Numbered from the stretch's first letter, positions 23,492 through 39,134 are shown. The stretch is 64,000 bases of DNA from Zygnema circumcarinatum SAG 698-1b (GCA_037447605.1 CM074815.1:682001-746000), one strand, 5' to 3'. Translations and numbers: made by a program. Notes: generated from the sequence alone by a model not told the origin.

Positions 23492-24058
23492 ATCACTCTC
23501 ACTAAATCAGCTTACAGGGAGGATTCCCTCCTTCTTCGGAAACCTTCAGGCCCTTTTGAGCCTGTGAGTGTCATTCTGGTCCTTGCTATTTTACTTTGCT
23601 GTTTCAGAAACCACTATTAGTTTCTGACATCATGCAATAAGACATAGTGCAACAACTAACTACATGTAAATTTACCATAAGGCAAGTGCTCGCAATTGAA
23701 AACGACCAAGCAAACTCGTCCATCGGTCCTATAACGGAATGAACGGAGATCTGGCGACTCTAATGAGAGAGGCTTGAGAATGAGAGGCACGGGAAGGTTT
23801 TGAAATCAATCAGCTTTTTGTGCACGGTAGTTCAAACTTGTTTTCGAAAACGTAGGAGTTGATGAATGAAGCTTTTCTTCAAAATTTCGTTAACATATGG
23901 GGCACACCACATTGGAAAACGCAGGTGACTGATAATTCGTATTTTTTAGTGAGGGAAATTGGACATGGAGCATGCTGGGCTCACAGAAACCTTGGAAAAA
24001 ATCAACTGAGCGGTCCAATTCCTGCTTCGATCGGTGCACTCAGAGGCCTTCACGAGCT
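23492..24058 (+). CDS. Two 72-nt exons each encoding one plant-type extracellular LRR (LRR-RLK/RLP fragment)
   Basis: 23492-23563 (SLSLNQLTGRIPSFFGNLQALLSL) and 23987-24058 (NLGKNQLSGPIPASIGALRGLHEL). Both are AG|...|GTGAGT, phase 2, and fit LxLxxNxLxGxIP. Confidence 0.88.
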
Positions 24059-25448
24059 GTGAGTCACTCTGCTTCAATTCTTATCAGTCACTATCGCAGA
24101 AATCGTAATTCCTGCCTAGAAAGGGATTCAAAATGCACGACAGACCTGCAAAGAATGTCGGCTGCAGAGTTGGCAGGAGCACATTGCCAAATGCGGTACG
24201 ATTCATTCCTTCTCAGAAGCTGCAGCGCTGACCCTACAACCTGCTTCACACTCTCAAGGGTGAATCAGCCCTATACAAACATTCCAGCTTACAAGATCAC
24301 TCAACACACAATTGAGAACCGTTAAGATGCCAATGAGCCCCAACAAGATATGGCTACTGATTCGTCTTGGGCTTCAGAGGAACAGGATGGTCTCATCTAA
24401 AGTTGCATCAAATCACATGATGTAGGTGATGGGTCTCCACCCCCAAAATATTCCCAACTTCCTTGTTCACGTACACAGTGTCACGCAGCCCGTGAAGAGC
24501 GCGATCTTTTGGGAAAGTTAGGAAATGAAGGTTTGCGCATGTTCCCCGCTTCTCACCGTTACAGTTTTCCGAGGAAGCTGTACGGCCCCGCACCCTTCTC
24601 TGCCTCCAATAGGTTCCGTACAGCCTCTTGCTGCTCTGAATTCAGTTGCGGATTCACCTGAGTCGTAGACAATCGGCAAGACATCGTTCATATGATCATT
24701 AAAAAAAAAAAAAATCTGAGATTTCCATACAGGTTGCACTTGCTAGCCTGTCATATGATTATTAGCTGGAAAACGGGAATCCCAAGTCCCAGTGAATGTC
24801 AATCTGTGCGAATACAGCGTCTGACGCTGACTTGCATGCAAGCATTCATGCAACACACGCATTTCACGACACGTGTACAAACATGATTAGTTACTAAACA
24901 TAGAACATAACTATCCTGTGTTTGAAAGCATTCCCCCCATGAGGGAAGTAGCAGTTCGTACCGATTGCAGTGGCCTAAAAGATAGGTGGTCCCTGCTCCC
25001 CAATAATCGCCCCTCTCGTATCATCGCTCTGCCATCTTGAGAAAAAGTTTCACTGCCTCTCTGCTCTCAAACTTATGCTTGAATATCAAACACCTAACAG
25101 TTGCCCAATGAAACTGTTAAGCATGACGGCGCAGCAGAAACTGACCCGAGTTCTTTGTCCTGCACGGCTGCCGAAAAGTCCACGTCCAAACTCTCCGGTA
25201 AAACAAGCTCCTCCTCCTTCTCCTCGCCCTCCACTCCTTCAGCTGACAGCTGCTACTTCTGCTTGACACTGTTGATGCAGGGACTCCTCCACTACTGCCG
25301 GCTTCTCCACTCGCATCACCTTCCATCGGAGTTCGCGTTCCAATCGATGATGACATTTCCCAATGTCTCACATTCACTCATAGCCCATTTTACTCACAGA
25401 GTAAACCTCACAGAATATTGCCCAGCGGAATAACAGAGNNNNNNNNNN

Positions 25449-27296
25449 TTTGCGCGGGCCCTAGCCCAATCAACCTCCCGTTGACTAAGAGTGTTTCCCC
25501 ACTAACCCCCTTTGTTAGCATATCTGCGGCTTGCTCCTTGGTGCCTACGAACTTCACCTCAATCAAGCCCTCCTCGACCAACTCTCGTACGTAATGGTAC
25601 TGCACCCGAATGTGCTTGGTCCACTTGTGGAACATAGGGTTTCCCACCAGGGCAATCGACGATTGATTGTCGGTAAACAAGGTAATCGGTCGTTGGTCCC
25701 TCTTGCATTCTTCAAAGAACTGCATGAACCACACTCCTTCCTTCGAAGCATGACAAGTACCCATGTACTCGCCCTCCGTGCTCGATAACGCCACCGAGTC
25801 CTGCAACTTGGAACTCCACAAATTCGCTCCTCCTCCATTCAAGTAAACGAACCCCGAAGTCGAGCGTGACGTATCGACATCTCCTCCCCAATCTGAGTCT
25901 GTATAACCAATCACTCTGGTTGGCCCCCTCTCATACCTGATCCTATAATCGNNNNNNNNNNCCACCGGAGCGAATGTCTCCATGTAGTCAATCCCATATT
26001 GCTGGCCGTATCCTTTCGCCACTAATCGCGCCTTGTACCTATCCACGCTTCCGTCTGCCTTCCTCTTGACTTTGAAGACCCACTTGCAGCCGATAGCTCG
26101 CCTCCCTTGAGGCAGCTCCTCCAATCTCCACGTGTCGTTCTCGATCAGGCTGTCCCATTCGCTAGCAATCGCAACCCGCCACTTATCGCCATCGACTCCG
26201 TCGTGCGCCTCCTCGAAGGTCTGTGGCTCGGTAATCATGAAACAGTGGGCAACTCCCACAAGGTCAGCTGAATCTGATGGCACCCTCTCTTGGATCAGAT
26301 TGTTACCAGGCGAGAACCGATCTGGTCGCCTCGTATCTCGGCCGCTCCTCCGGATTGTCTTCGCGCTTCGGCCTCTCGGGTAGAAGTAGAGTCCGGGAAC
26401 AAATCCTGGGGGCATGTTTGCTAACATTGCCTCCCTCTCGGCCACCTCAAGATCCTCTGAATCTTGCGCGTGAAGCGGGACCGTCTCCACTGAGTTCTCC
26501 TCTTCACCTCCGCTGAACTTTGCGGCTCCTCCGCATGCGCCTCCATAGGCGTCTCTCCAACATCAGCCGGCTCGCTCATCGCTGCCGCTGGCTCGGCTCC
26601 TTCATTTGCCGACGTGCTGGCATCCTGCGCAGCACCACCCTTCTCTCCAATTGTCTCTCCCTCCTCGTACACGATCTCGAGGTCGGTCTTTGACGGAGGT
26701 AAAATCTGAGAGTCTGCAACACGCTCAACAGCACTATCTTCATCAACTATAATGTCTCTTGTCTGGAGAACTTCCTTCAATTGAGGGTTCCAAACCCTGT
26801 AGGTGCGGCTGCTGGTGTTGTAGCCGAGCACGTAGCCCTCCACGGCTCGGGGGTCGAGTTTCTTCTTCTGTCGCGCCTTGGGCAGTGCAGCCCAGCATCG
26901 CGCGCCAAAGGTCCTCAGGTGGGAAACTGTGGGCTTCCTCCCACTCCACATCTGCTCAGGGACCTGGTCTTTCAAGACAGAAGACGGGCATTTGTTCCTA
27001 ATGTAAGCAGCCGTAGAAACTGCTTCTCCCCAAAAGGAAGCTCGAAAGGGGGAATCAATCAACATGGTCCTGGCCATGTCCCCCAATGTCCTATTCACAC
27101 GTTCAGCTGCTCCATGCTCTCTGACAAAGAGTCAGACTAGAGCACCATCCTTGTAGGATCTGAGACAGGCAATGCCTTCGATTTGAACTCGCCACCATTG
27201 TCCGAACGGAAAGCCTTCGGCTTCTGTCCCGTCTCTATCTCCGCCTGGTTCAGCCAGTCTCAAAAGGCTCCGAAAGCCTCTGACTTGTTCTTCAAG
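25449..27296 (-). mobile_element. Decayed Ty1/copia LTR-retrotransposon pol fragment (integrase, SH3-like region, RT, RNase H)
   Basis: [113 protein letters not shown]. In-frame TGA near 27260, frameshift near 26500, most of RT lost at the 25952 gap. No LTRs found. Confidence 0.95.
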
Positions 27297-28488
27297 AGAG
27301 AGCAAAGAAGAGAGAAGAGAGAGAGAGAGAGCAAAGGAGCGAGTGCCAAGGAGAGAGAGTATAGAGGAGAGAGAACGAGTAGAGGAGTGAGAGTAGAGGA
27401 GAGAGAGACTAGAGGAGAAAGCAAAGGAGAGAGAGAATGAGTAGAGGAGAGAGCAAATGAGAGAAAGAGAGTGAGTAGAGGAGTGAGAGCAAAGGAGAGA
27501 GAGACTTAAGGAGAGAGCACAAGAGCGAGCAAAGGAGAGAGAGAGAATGACCAGAGGAGAGAGAGTAGAGGAGAGAAAGACTAGAGGAGAGAGAGCAGAG
27601 GAGATGTCCTCTTGCTTCTCTCTTCTGTAGACCCCTGTCCTCGTAGTTCCCCCGCTGATGGTTGCAGGTGAGTAAAGGACTCATTGTCTCCAAATCTTGA
27701 TGTGAAAACCTTCCTTCTTGTAGTGCTTGGTCAAGACTTGTCAAGCTCATCAACAATCTTATACTCGTCATTTATATAAAAATTAAACCAAAGGAAAAAA
27801 AGGGAAGGGAGGGGTCGGCAGGGAGGGGAGGGGTCGGGCGGGGAGGGAGAGGAGGGAGGGAGGGAGGGAGGGAGGGGAGGAAGGGAAGGGAGGGAGGGGA
27901 GAGGGAGGGAGGGAGGGAGGGGAGGGAAGGGGAGGGAAGGGGAGGGAGGAGGGAGGGAGGGGAGGGGAGGGGTGGGCGGGCAGGGAGGGAGGGGAGGGGA
28001 GGGGAGGGTGAGATTGGGCAGGAGGGGAGGGGAGGGGGAGGGGAGGAGGGGAGGGCAGGGAAGGGGAGGGAAGGGGGAGGGAGGGAGGGAGGGAGGGAGG
28101 GAGGGAGGAGGGAGGGAGGGGAGGGGAGGAGGGAGGGGAGGGCTGGGCGGGGAGGGGAGGGAGATGGGAGGGGAGGGGAGGGAAGGGGAGGGGGAGGGGA
28201 GGGGAGGGGAGGGAGGGAAGGGAGGGAGGGGTGGGCAGGGAGGGGAGGTGAGGAAGGGCAGGGAGGGGGAGAGGGGGGAGGCCAGGGAAGGGGAGGGAAG
28301 GGGAGGGAGGGAGGGGGAGGGCAGAGAGGGGAGGGAGAGAACTGGAGGGGCAGGAAAGGAATGCAAAACAGAGGGCGATTGCTCCCGAGAATGTCCAAAA
28401 TGGAGAAGAGGCAGAATAGCCGAAATCGGAGGCAGATAAAAAAATAAGTGACAGGATAACCAAAAAAGGGGGCGGTATATAGTTCTCC
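27296..28488. repeat. Modular repeat arm: GA-modular repeat, unique segment, (GGGA)n tract, terminal motif GGGGGCGGTATATAGTTCTCC
   Basis: 27701-27751 is an inverted homolog of 30208-30261. The GA module resembles 30460-30640. The end region resembles 31255-31344. Confidence 0.75.
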
Positions 28489-28522
28489 AAAAATATATAT
28501 ATATATAGATATATTATTATTA

Positions 28523-30834
28523 GGAAACTATATCGCCCTAAATATCTACTATTTTGAAATCCACTCTGCTCATACTGCACTCCGGGACCCTTTATTTTAA
28601 ATACTTCTTCCCCGCCCTGTTGCTCCCTCCCTCCCTCCCTCCCTCCCCTCTCCCTCCCCCTTCCTCTCCTCTCCTCCCTCCCTCCCCTGTCCTCCCTTCC
28701 CTCCCTCCCTCCCTCCCTCCCCTCCCTCCCTCCCTCCCTCCCTCCCTCCCTCCCTCCCTCCCTCCCTCCCTCCCCTCCCTCCCTCCCTCCCCCTCCCCTC
28801 CCCTCCCTCCCTCCCTCCCTCCCCCTCCCCTCCCCTCCCTCCCCTCCCCTCCCCTCCCTTCCCTCCCTCCCCTCCCTCCCTCCCCTCCCTTCCCTCCCTC
28901 CCTCCCTCCCTCCCTCCCTCCTCCCTCCCTCCCTCTCCCTCCCCTCCCTCCCTCCCTCCCTCCCTCCCTCCCTCCCTCCCTCCCTCCCTCCCTCCCTCCC
29001 TCCCCTCCCTCCCTCCCCTCCCTCCCTCCCTCCCTCCCTCCCCCTCCCTTCCTCCCTCCCTTCCCTCCCTCCCCTCCCCTTCCTTCCCTCCCTCCCTCCC
29101 CTCCCTCCCTCCCTCCCCTCCCTCCCTCCCTCCCTCCCTCCCTCCCTCCCTCCCTCCCTCCCCCTCCCTCCCTCCCTCCCTCCCCCTCCCTCCCTCCCTC
29201 CCTCCCCCTCCCTCCCTCCCTCCCCTCCCCTCCCCCTCCCCTCCCCTCCCTCCCTCCCTCCCTCCCTCCCTCCCCCTCCCTCCCTCCCTCCCTCCCCTCC
29301 TCTCCCTCCCTCCCTCCTCCCTCCCCCTCCCCTCCCTCCCTCCCTCCCCCTCCCCTTCCCTCCCCTCCCTCTCCCTCCCTCCCTCCCCTCCCTCCCTCCC
29401 TCCCTCCCTCCCTCCCTCCCCCTCCCTCCCTCCCTCCCTCCCTCCCCTCCCTCCCTCCCTCCCTCCCTCCCCTCCCTCCCTCCCTCCCTCCCCTCCCTCC
29501 CTCCCTCCCCTCCCTCCCTCCCTCCCCCTCCCTCCCTCCCCTCCCTGCCTTCCCTCCCTCCCTCCCTCCCTCCCTCCCCTTCCTTCCCTCCCCTCCCTCC
29601 CTCCCTCCCTCCCCTCCCCTCCCTCCCTCCCTCCCTCCCTCCCTCCCCTCCCTCCCTCCCTCCCCCTCCCTCCCTCCCTCCCCTCCCTCCCTCCCCTCCC
29701 TCCCTCCCCTCCCTCCCTCCCCTCCCCTCCCTCCCTCCCTCCCTCCTCCCTCCCCTCCCTCCCTCCCCCTCCCTCCCTCCCTCCCTCCCCTCCCTCCCTC
29801 CCTCCCTCCCCTCCCTCCCTCCCTCCCTCCCCTCCCTCCCTCCCTCCCCTCCCCTCCCTCCCTCCCTCCCCTCTCCTCCCTCCCTCCCTCCCTCCCCCTC
29901 CCTCTCCCTCCCTCCCCTCCCTCCCCTCCCTCCCTCCCCTCCCTCCCTCCCCTCCCCTCCCCCTCCCCTCCCTCCCTCCCTCCCTCCCTCCCTCCCTCCC
30001 TCCCTCCCTCCCTCCCCTCCCTCCCTCCCCCTCCCTCCCTCCCTCCCCTCCCTCCCCTCCCTCCCTCCCTCCCTCCTGCCTCCTCCCTCTTCCTCCCTCC
30101 CCTCCCTTCCCTCCCTCCCCTGCCCACCCTCCCCTGCCCACCCTCCCCTGCTCACTCTCTCTCCTCTGGGTTTGCAGTCTCCACACAAAGTGACTGAGTC
30201 TGACCACGATGAGCTTGTACAAGTCTTGACCAAGCACTCCCAAGAAGGAAGGAGTTTCACATGAGATCGGCAAGCATAGCAATGGCCACAACTCTGCCTG
30301 CAATGTTTAGCAGGCAGAAGGGTAGAGTCTGGAAAAATAGTAAGAAGAGGAATATCTCTCCTTTGCTCTCACTCCTCCACTCACTCTCTCTCTCTCTCTC
30401 CTTTGCTCTCTCCTCTGCTCATTCTCTCTCTCCCCCTTGCTCTCTCCTGTGCTCTCTGTGGAGAGAGAGAGAGAGAGAGAGCAGAGGGAGAGCAAAGGAG
30501 AGAGACTACAGGAGAGAGAAGAGAGAGAGAGAGAGCAAAGGAGCGAGAGCCGAGGGGAGAGAGTACAGAGGAGAGAGAAAGAGCAGAGGAGTGAGAGTAG
30601 AGGAGAGAGAGACTAGAGGAGAGAGCAAAGGAGAGAGAGAGAACTCACTCTCTCTCCTCTGCTCTCTCTCCTCTAGTCTTTCTTTCCTCTACTCTCTCTC
30701 CTTTGCTCTCTCTTGTGCTCTCTACTCTAGTCTCTCTCTCCTTTGCTCTCACTCCTCTACTCACTCTCTCTCTCTCCTTTGCTCTCTCCTCTGCTCATTC
30801 TCTCTTTCCCCCTTGCTCTCTCCTGTGCTCTCTG

Positions 30835-30868
<34 letters not shown>

Positions 30869-31344
30869 AAAGGGAGAGCAAAGGAGAGAGACTACAGGAG
30901 AGAGAAGAGAGAGAGAGAGCAAAGGAGCGAGAGCTGAGGAGAGAGAGTATAGAGGAGAGAGAAAGAGCAGAGGCATGAGAGTAGAGGAGAGAGAGACTAG
31001 AGGAGAGAGCAAAGGAGAGAGAGAATAAGCAGAGCAAAGAGCAAAGGAGAGAAAGAGAACGCACTCTCTCTCCTCTGCTCTCTCTCCTCTAGTCTTTCTC
31101 TCCTCTACTCTCTCTCCTTTGCTCTCTTCTGTGCTCTCTACTCTAGTCTCTCTCTCCTTTGCTCTCACTCCTTTGCTCACTCTCTCGAACGTTGTGCTTA
31201 TGCGCTGAGGAAGAGGAGACGGAAGGATCCAAATGGGGGGCGGGATATTTCAAAACAGGGGGCAGAATAGCCGAAATGGGAGGGTCGGATTTCAAAAAAA
31301 CAGTGGCGGGATAACCAAAAAAAGGGGGCGGTATATAGTTCTCC
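28523..31344. mobile_element. Putative non-autonomous long-TIR element, ~2.8 kb, in an AT-rich microsatellite; contains a 1.5-kb (CCCT)n tract and alternating GA/CT modules
   Basis: Left end GGAAACTATATCGCCC (28523-28538) and right end GGGGGCGGTATATAGTTCTCC (31324-31344) are imperfect inverted repeats. Both flanks are (TAT)n. No transposase ORF. Confidence 0.5.
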
Positions 31345-35040
<3,696 letters not shown>

Positions 35041-35332
35041 ACCGGCGCCGTACACTTTGTCACCAACCAGCCTCAACTCAGGTCAGAATAGTCTATTAGT
35101 CAGCGGACTAGGTTTTTTCGTATAGGAATAGCCACATAATAGCTAACTGGTCGGCTAATTAGATTGTTAATTTGGGTAAGTTCAAAAGGAGTACCCGCAT
35201 GTTTACCATCGAATTTTGAGAGAACGCGGCCGTAGCTAGCTACGTGGCACCTCGTCATTTGTCCATCCGTCCCCAGTTCTACGGTCTCGCCGCCCGAGTG
35301 GCCGGTTTCGCTCGTGCGAAAGCGCAATATTT

Positions 35333-36105
35333 CACAGTTCGGACCAGTGGATTGGCAACCATTGGACAACCATTGGATGGCAATGGTTGGACGTCTACTG
35401 GTTGGCAACCAGTCGACTGGTTGCCAACCAGTGGCATCTACTGGTTGGCAACCAGTCGAATGGTTGTTTCGGTCCGCAACCATTGGTTGGCAACCAGTCG
35501 ACTGGTTTGGAACCAGTGGATGCCACTGGTTGGCAACCAGTCGAATGGTTATATCCATTAAATCAAATGGTTGGCAACCATTAAATCACTAGTTGTAGCG
35601 AACTGAACGCTACAGCTACCAAAATGCCGTCGGCGTTTCGGAGAAAACTATTACGGTTCGGCTGTACAGAATCTCCGTACAATCGTATGACTCGGCTGTA
35701 CGAATTCGTACGGATTCGTACGCATCTGTACGCATCAGGCTTGTTACACTAGTTGTCAACGGTTGGCAACCCACCAAAAAACACATACGACCCATTTTTG
35801 CAAAAAGGCATAATTTCAGAAATTCAATGGTTGCCAACCATTGGATCACTGGTTCCGAACCAGTCGAATGGTTGTTTCAGTCCTGCGCCACTGGTTCGCA
35901 ACCAGTCGAATGGTTGTTTCGATCCGGCGGCACTGGTTGGCAACCAGTCGAATGGTTGCCAACCAGTGGCATCCACTGGTTCCAAACCAATCGAATGGTT
36001 GTTTCGGTCCTGAGCCACTGGTTGGCAACCAGTAGAATGGTTGTTTCGGTCCGCAACCACTAGTTTCCAACCAGTCGACTGGTTTGTCTAATGGTCCGAT
36101 CTGTG
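35333..36105. mobile_element. 773-bp non-autonomous DNA transposon (hAT/P-like by TSD length) with palindromic subterminal repeat arrays
   Basis: TIR CACAGTTCGGACCA ... TGGTCCGATCTGTG (13/14). 8-bp TSD CAATATTT at 35325-35332 and 36106-36113. Arrays of CTGGTT-NNN-AACCAGTCGAATGGTTG at ~35345-35585 and ~35825-36086. Confidence 0.88.
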
Positions 36106-36147
36106 CAATATTTTGCAGCGCAGGGACGGGTGGGGCAAGGGCACGGG

Positions 36148-38006
36148 ATGAAATCCATGGCGCTCCCGCGCGTGCCACGCGTCCTCCTGCCGCTGAATCC
36201 CATTGATTCGGCAGCGAAGGGCGGACTGGCAGTCCGCCCTGAACCCTGGCGGAGGAGGGGTCAGCGAGGGGTCAGGGTTCAGGGCGCGAGGGTGGAGGAC
36301 GACAACGTGGAGGGGGAATGGCGTAGGGGAGCCCGGCTGGGGGGAGGGCGGGAAGGGGCGGAGGGGAGGGGGGGAGGGTTCAGGGCGAGGGTTCTGGAGG
36401 AGACGAGTGAGGTGGGGTTCAGGGGCGGTGGGAGGGACTCGTGGCAGCAGGAGGGGAGGCCGGGGAATGGGAGGAGGGAGTGGGATTATTCGGAGGAGAG
36501 GGAGAGGGAGAGGGGGAGGGGAAGGGGGAGGGAGACGGGGAGGGGGAGGGTGGGGATGGAGGAGGAGGACAGTGATGCATACTATGATGATGTTGGGAGT
36601 GACGGTGATGACGTTGGGGATGGCTCGCCAATTTTAGGGTTGCGGAGGTTTTTCAGTCAGGTGGGTTATCGTTTTTTTTTTGTGGGGAATGTACATGGGT
36701 CTCTGTCTTTTTATTTTTATTTTTTGTTCGGAATTTAAAACATCTCTACAATTCAATGTCCACCTTCAAATAACGTCTTAATAGTCGAGACTATGTGTTC
36801 TTGGATTAGCTCGAAATCCAAACCCTAAACCTTCAGGTCGATTGAATGTAGATTAGAAGATTAGTAGATTGAACGTTTCTAAAAATAATGAGCAAATTCA
36901 TAGACACGCCAAAAACTTCTCGACGGATGTTTTTTTGAACTTTGAATCCTACGGTTTTCTTTCACGTGTATATTAAAAGCCCAGTTTTCAACTCCAATTT
37001 TTTAACTTGTGATTCTTTTTTTTTCTTGCAGCCATGGAGGTGGGCCCTCCCTCTCGCTCTCTTTCTCATCCCTATGGCTGGAAACCAATCCATGTTGATC
37101 ATGCTCGTCTCAGGGGGAGCCACTCTTCTGCTGCCACCTGTCAGAAGGGCATTGGGTCCTCCGCTTTCTCAGCTGTGGTCCTATTTTCTTTATTTCACGG
37201 ATCAACCAGTAACGGAACGGAATCGATATTCAACACGGAAACGCCCGAGTTCAGTTGAGGGTGTGGGAGAGGCGTGGACAGAGAGGAGAGCGAAGAGAAG
37301 GGCAGGGGAGAGGTCACAGATGAGGAATGAGCCCTACCCTAGCAGGGTGAGGGAGAGGGAGAGGGAGAGGGAGAGGGAGAGGGAGGAGCGAGAGAGAGAG
37401 GGGAGGTACGGCTTTGGGAGAGTGCAGGAGGGGAAACGGGAAGTAGAGGTGGGAGATAGTTATAAGGGATGGGGATATGAAGGGAGCTCATCTTTCTGGG
37501 ATCAAGAAAAAGGCTACAGTGAAACTTTCACAGAAACTCCTATAGTCAAGTCGAGTTTTCTGAATGTTGAAAATGTGCAAAGCGAGAGGTTAACCGAAGT
37601 AAAGATGCTTCCTCCTCCCGGAGACTCCGTGGGGAGAGAGGGAGGGGACGAAGGGGGACCTCTCAGAGGGAGGTATTATAGTCGAGTTTCTATCCTCGTG
37701 CCAAGAAAAAGTCGTCGCAGGGAGGTTGGGAGAGAAGAGGGAGGGAGAGAAGCGGGAGGGAGAGAAGAGGTTGGGAGAGAAGAGGTTGGGAGAGAACAGA
37801 GAAGGAGAGAGGAGGGGGAGGGGAGGAGAGAGAGATGGCAAGCGGAGGATGGTGAGCGAGAGGATTGGAGATCGCCGGAAAGAGGAAGTCCTGGAGGCTC
37901 TATGTGGCCAGTTAGCAGTCGGAGGCAACGGAACGGAGAACCCCTTTGGTTACGCATGCTGTTCGGCGTTTTCCCGTTCTTGAAGAGTTGGGGCGGCTTC
38001 CTTTAG
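36148..38006 (+). CDS. Two-exon protein of unknown function; transit-peptide-like N-terminus, hydrophobic segment, C-terminal PLWLRMLFGVFPFLKSWGGFL motif
   Basis: Exon 1 36148-36660 (CAG|GTGGGT) joins in phase 0 to exon 2 37032-38006 (TTGCAG|CCATGG). The C-terminus resembles a plant uncharacterised-protein motif I recall but cannot name. Confidence 0.75.
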
Positions 38007-38649
38007 CTTTTAGGGTTTGTAGGCTTTTAGGGCTACAGGGTTCAGGGCTTTTGGGCCAGGGATGGAGGTTTTTAGGGTTTGATATGTTTCATATGATGTA
38101 ACATATTTCTGGAGAAAGATAGTTATGGTTCAAGGTTTAGGGTTTGAGGAAGATGGTTATGTAGCCTGTTTATTGAGCTTAGGGTTTTCCAGTTGTGTAG
38201 ATAAAGGTGGCGGTATAGCATTGTTGTGTTTTGTTTGATATAAGGCGTTTTTTGAGATCGGGATTGGATCAAGATTGAGGTCAAGAATGTTCTGGAGGGC
38301 AGGATCAAGATCAAGATCAACATTGGCATTGAGGAATTTCAAGTTGAATCCCTGCTTCACCAATTGTTCACATTCTCAATTCTAGATCCTAACATTTAAA
38401 GTTGTCCTCTCACACCTCTTCCCTTGCACTACCATCGTCAACAAAACCTAGCCGCTAGAACATTGCGCTAGAGCGCCATTTGTGGACCTCAAGCGAAACA
38501 TGGGCGGAGTGTTGTTCCAAACCCTGGAACAATCCCAATGTTGGGGCGAACGACCTTCAGCAATTTTCATTTTGTCCTTCGTTCAGGTACAATTCGGGTA
38601 AAACACGCAACGTTCTCGGCCGTACAGGGCGGCTCTGCCCACTACAGTA

Positions 38650-39134
38650 CAGTCTAATCATGTTATAGTGACACTGTTTATAAGAACAGCGTGGATATAC
38701 TGACTTTTTTTCCGGGAACGGAATTGCACCACTGCAGATCCTGCGCCAGTAGTGACGCCATTACGGATATAATGACGTTGAAAAACCCTGATTGTTACTA
38801 TATATTCAAAATGTCGATATTATCCACCCACGTATTGGAATATGCGTTACAAATATATTTACGACCGTACACATTATCGACTAATATCGTCAGATATTGA
38901 CTTGACCGTACATATCAAGTTGTCCGTACACATGCTCACTAGGGTTCGTACACACCTACCCACGTGACGACTGCCCAAAAAGTACAATGTACGGTATCAA
39001 AGTCGTACGGATATACCGCAAAAACATATGTAATAACATTGTTACTATAAATGTGACATGACAAACGGGTCATTACCGATATAGTGACACAAATGTGTGG
39101 GGACCGACATGGACACTATAACGTGATTAGACTG
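38650..39134. mobile_element. 485-bp Tc1/mariner-type MITE
   Basis: TA|CAGTCTAATCATGTTATAGTG ... CACTATAACGTGATTAGACTG|TA; 21-bp TIR with one mismatch and TA target duplication. Confidence 0.88.

Noticed and set aside
24400-25438. Copia 3' LTR or an extra gene
   Set aside because: No TG...CA boundaries, PPT or second LTR copy, and no convincing phase-consistent exons.
27731-30303. 500-825-aa Pro/Ser/Leu or Gly/Arg/Glu ORFs (extensin-like)
   Set aside because: Produced by stop-free (CCCT)n/(GGGA)n tracts, open in all frames.
35345-36086. CRISPR-like palindromic repeats or CACTA termini at CACTAG sites
   Set aside because: There are no unique spacers, and the arrays lie inside a TIR/TSD-bounded element. 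The CACTAG at 36058 is a variant of the repeat unit, and no matching CTAGTG end was found.
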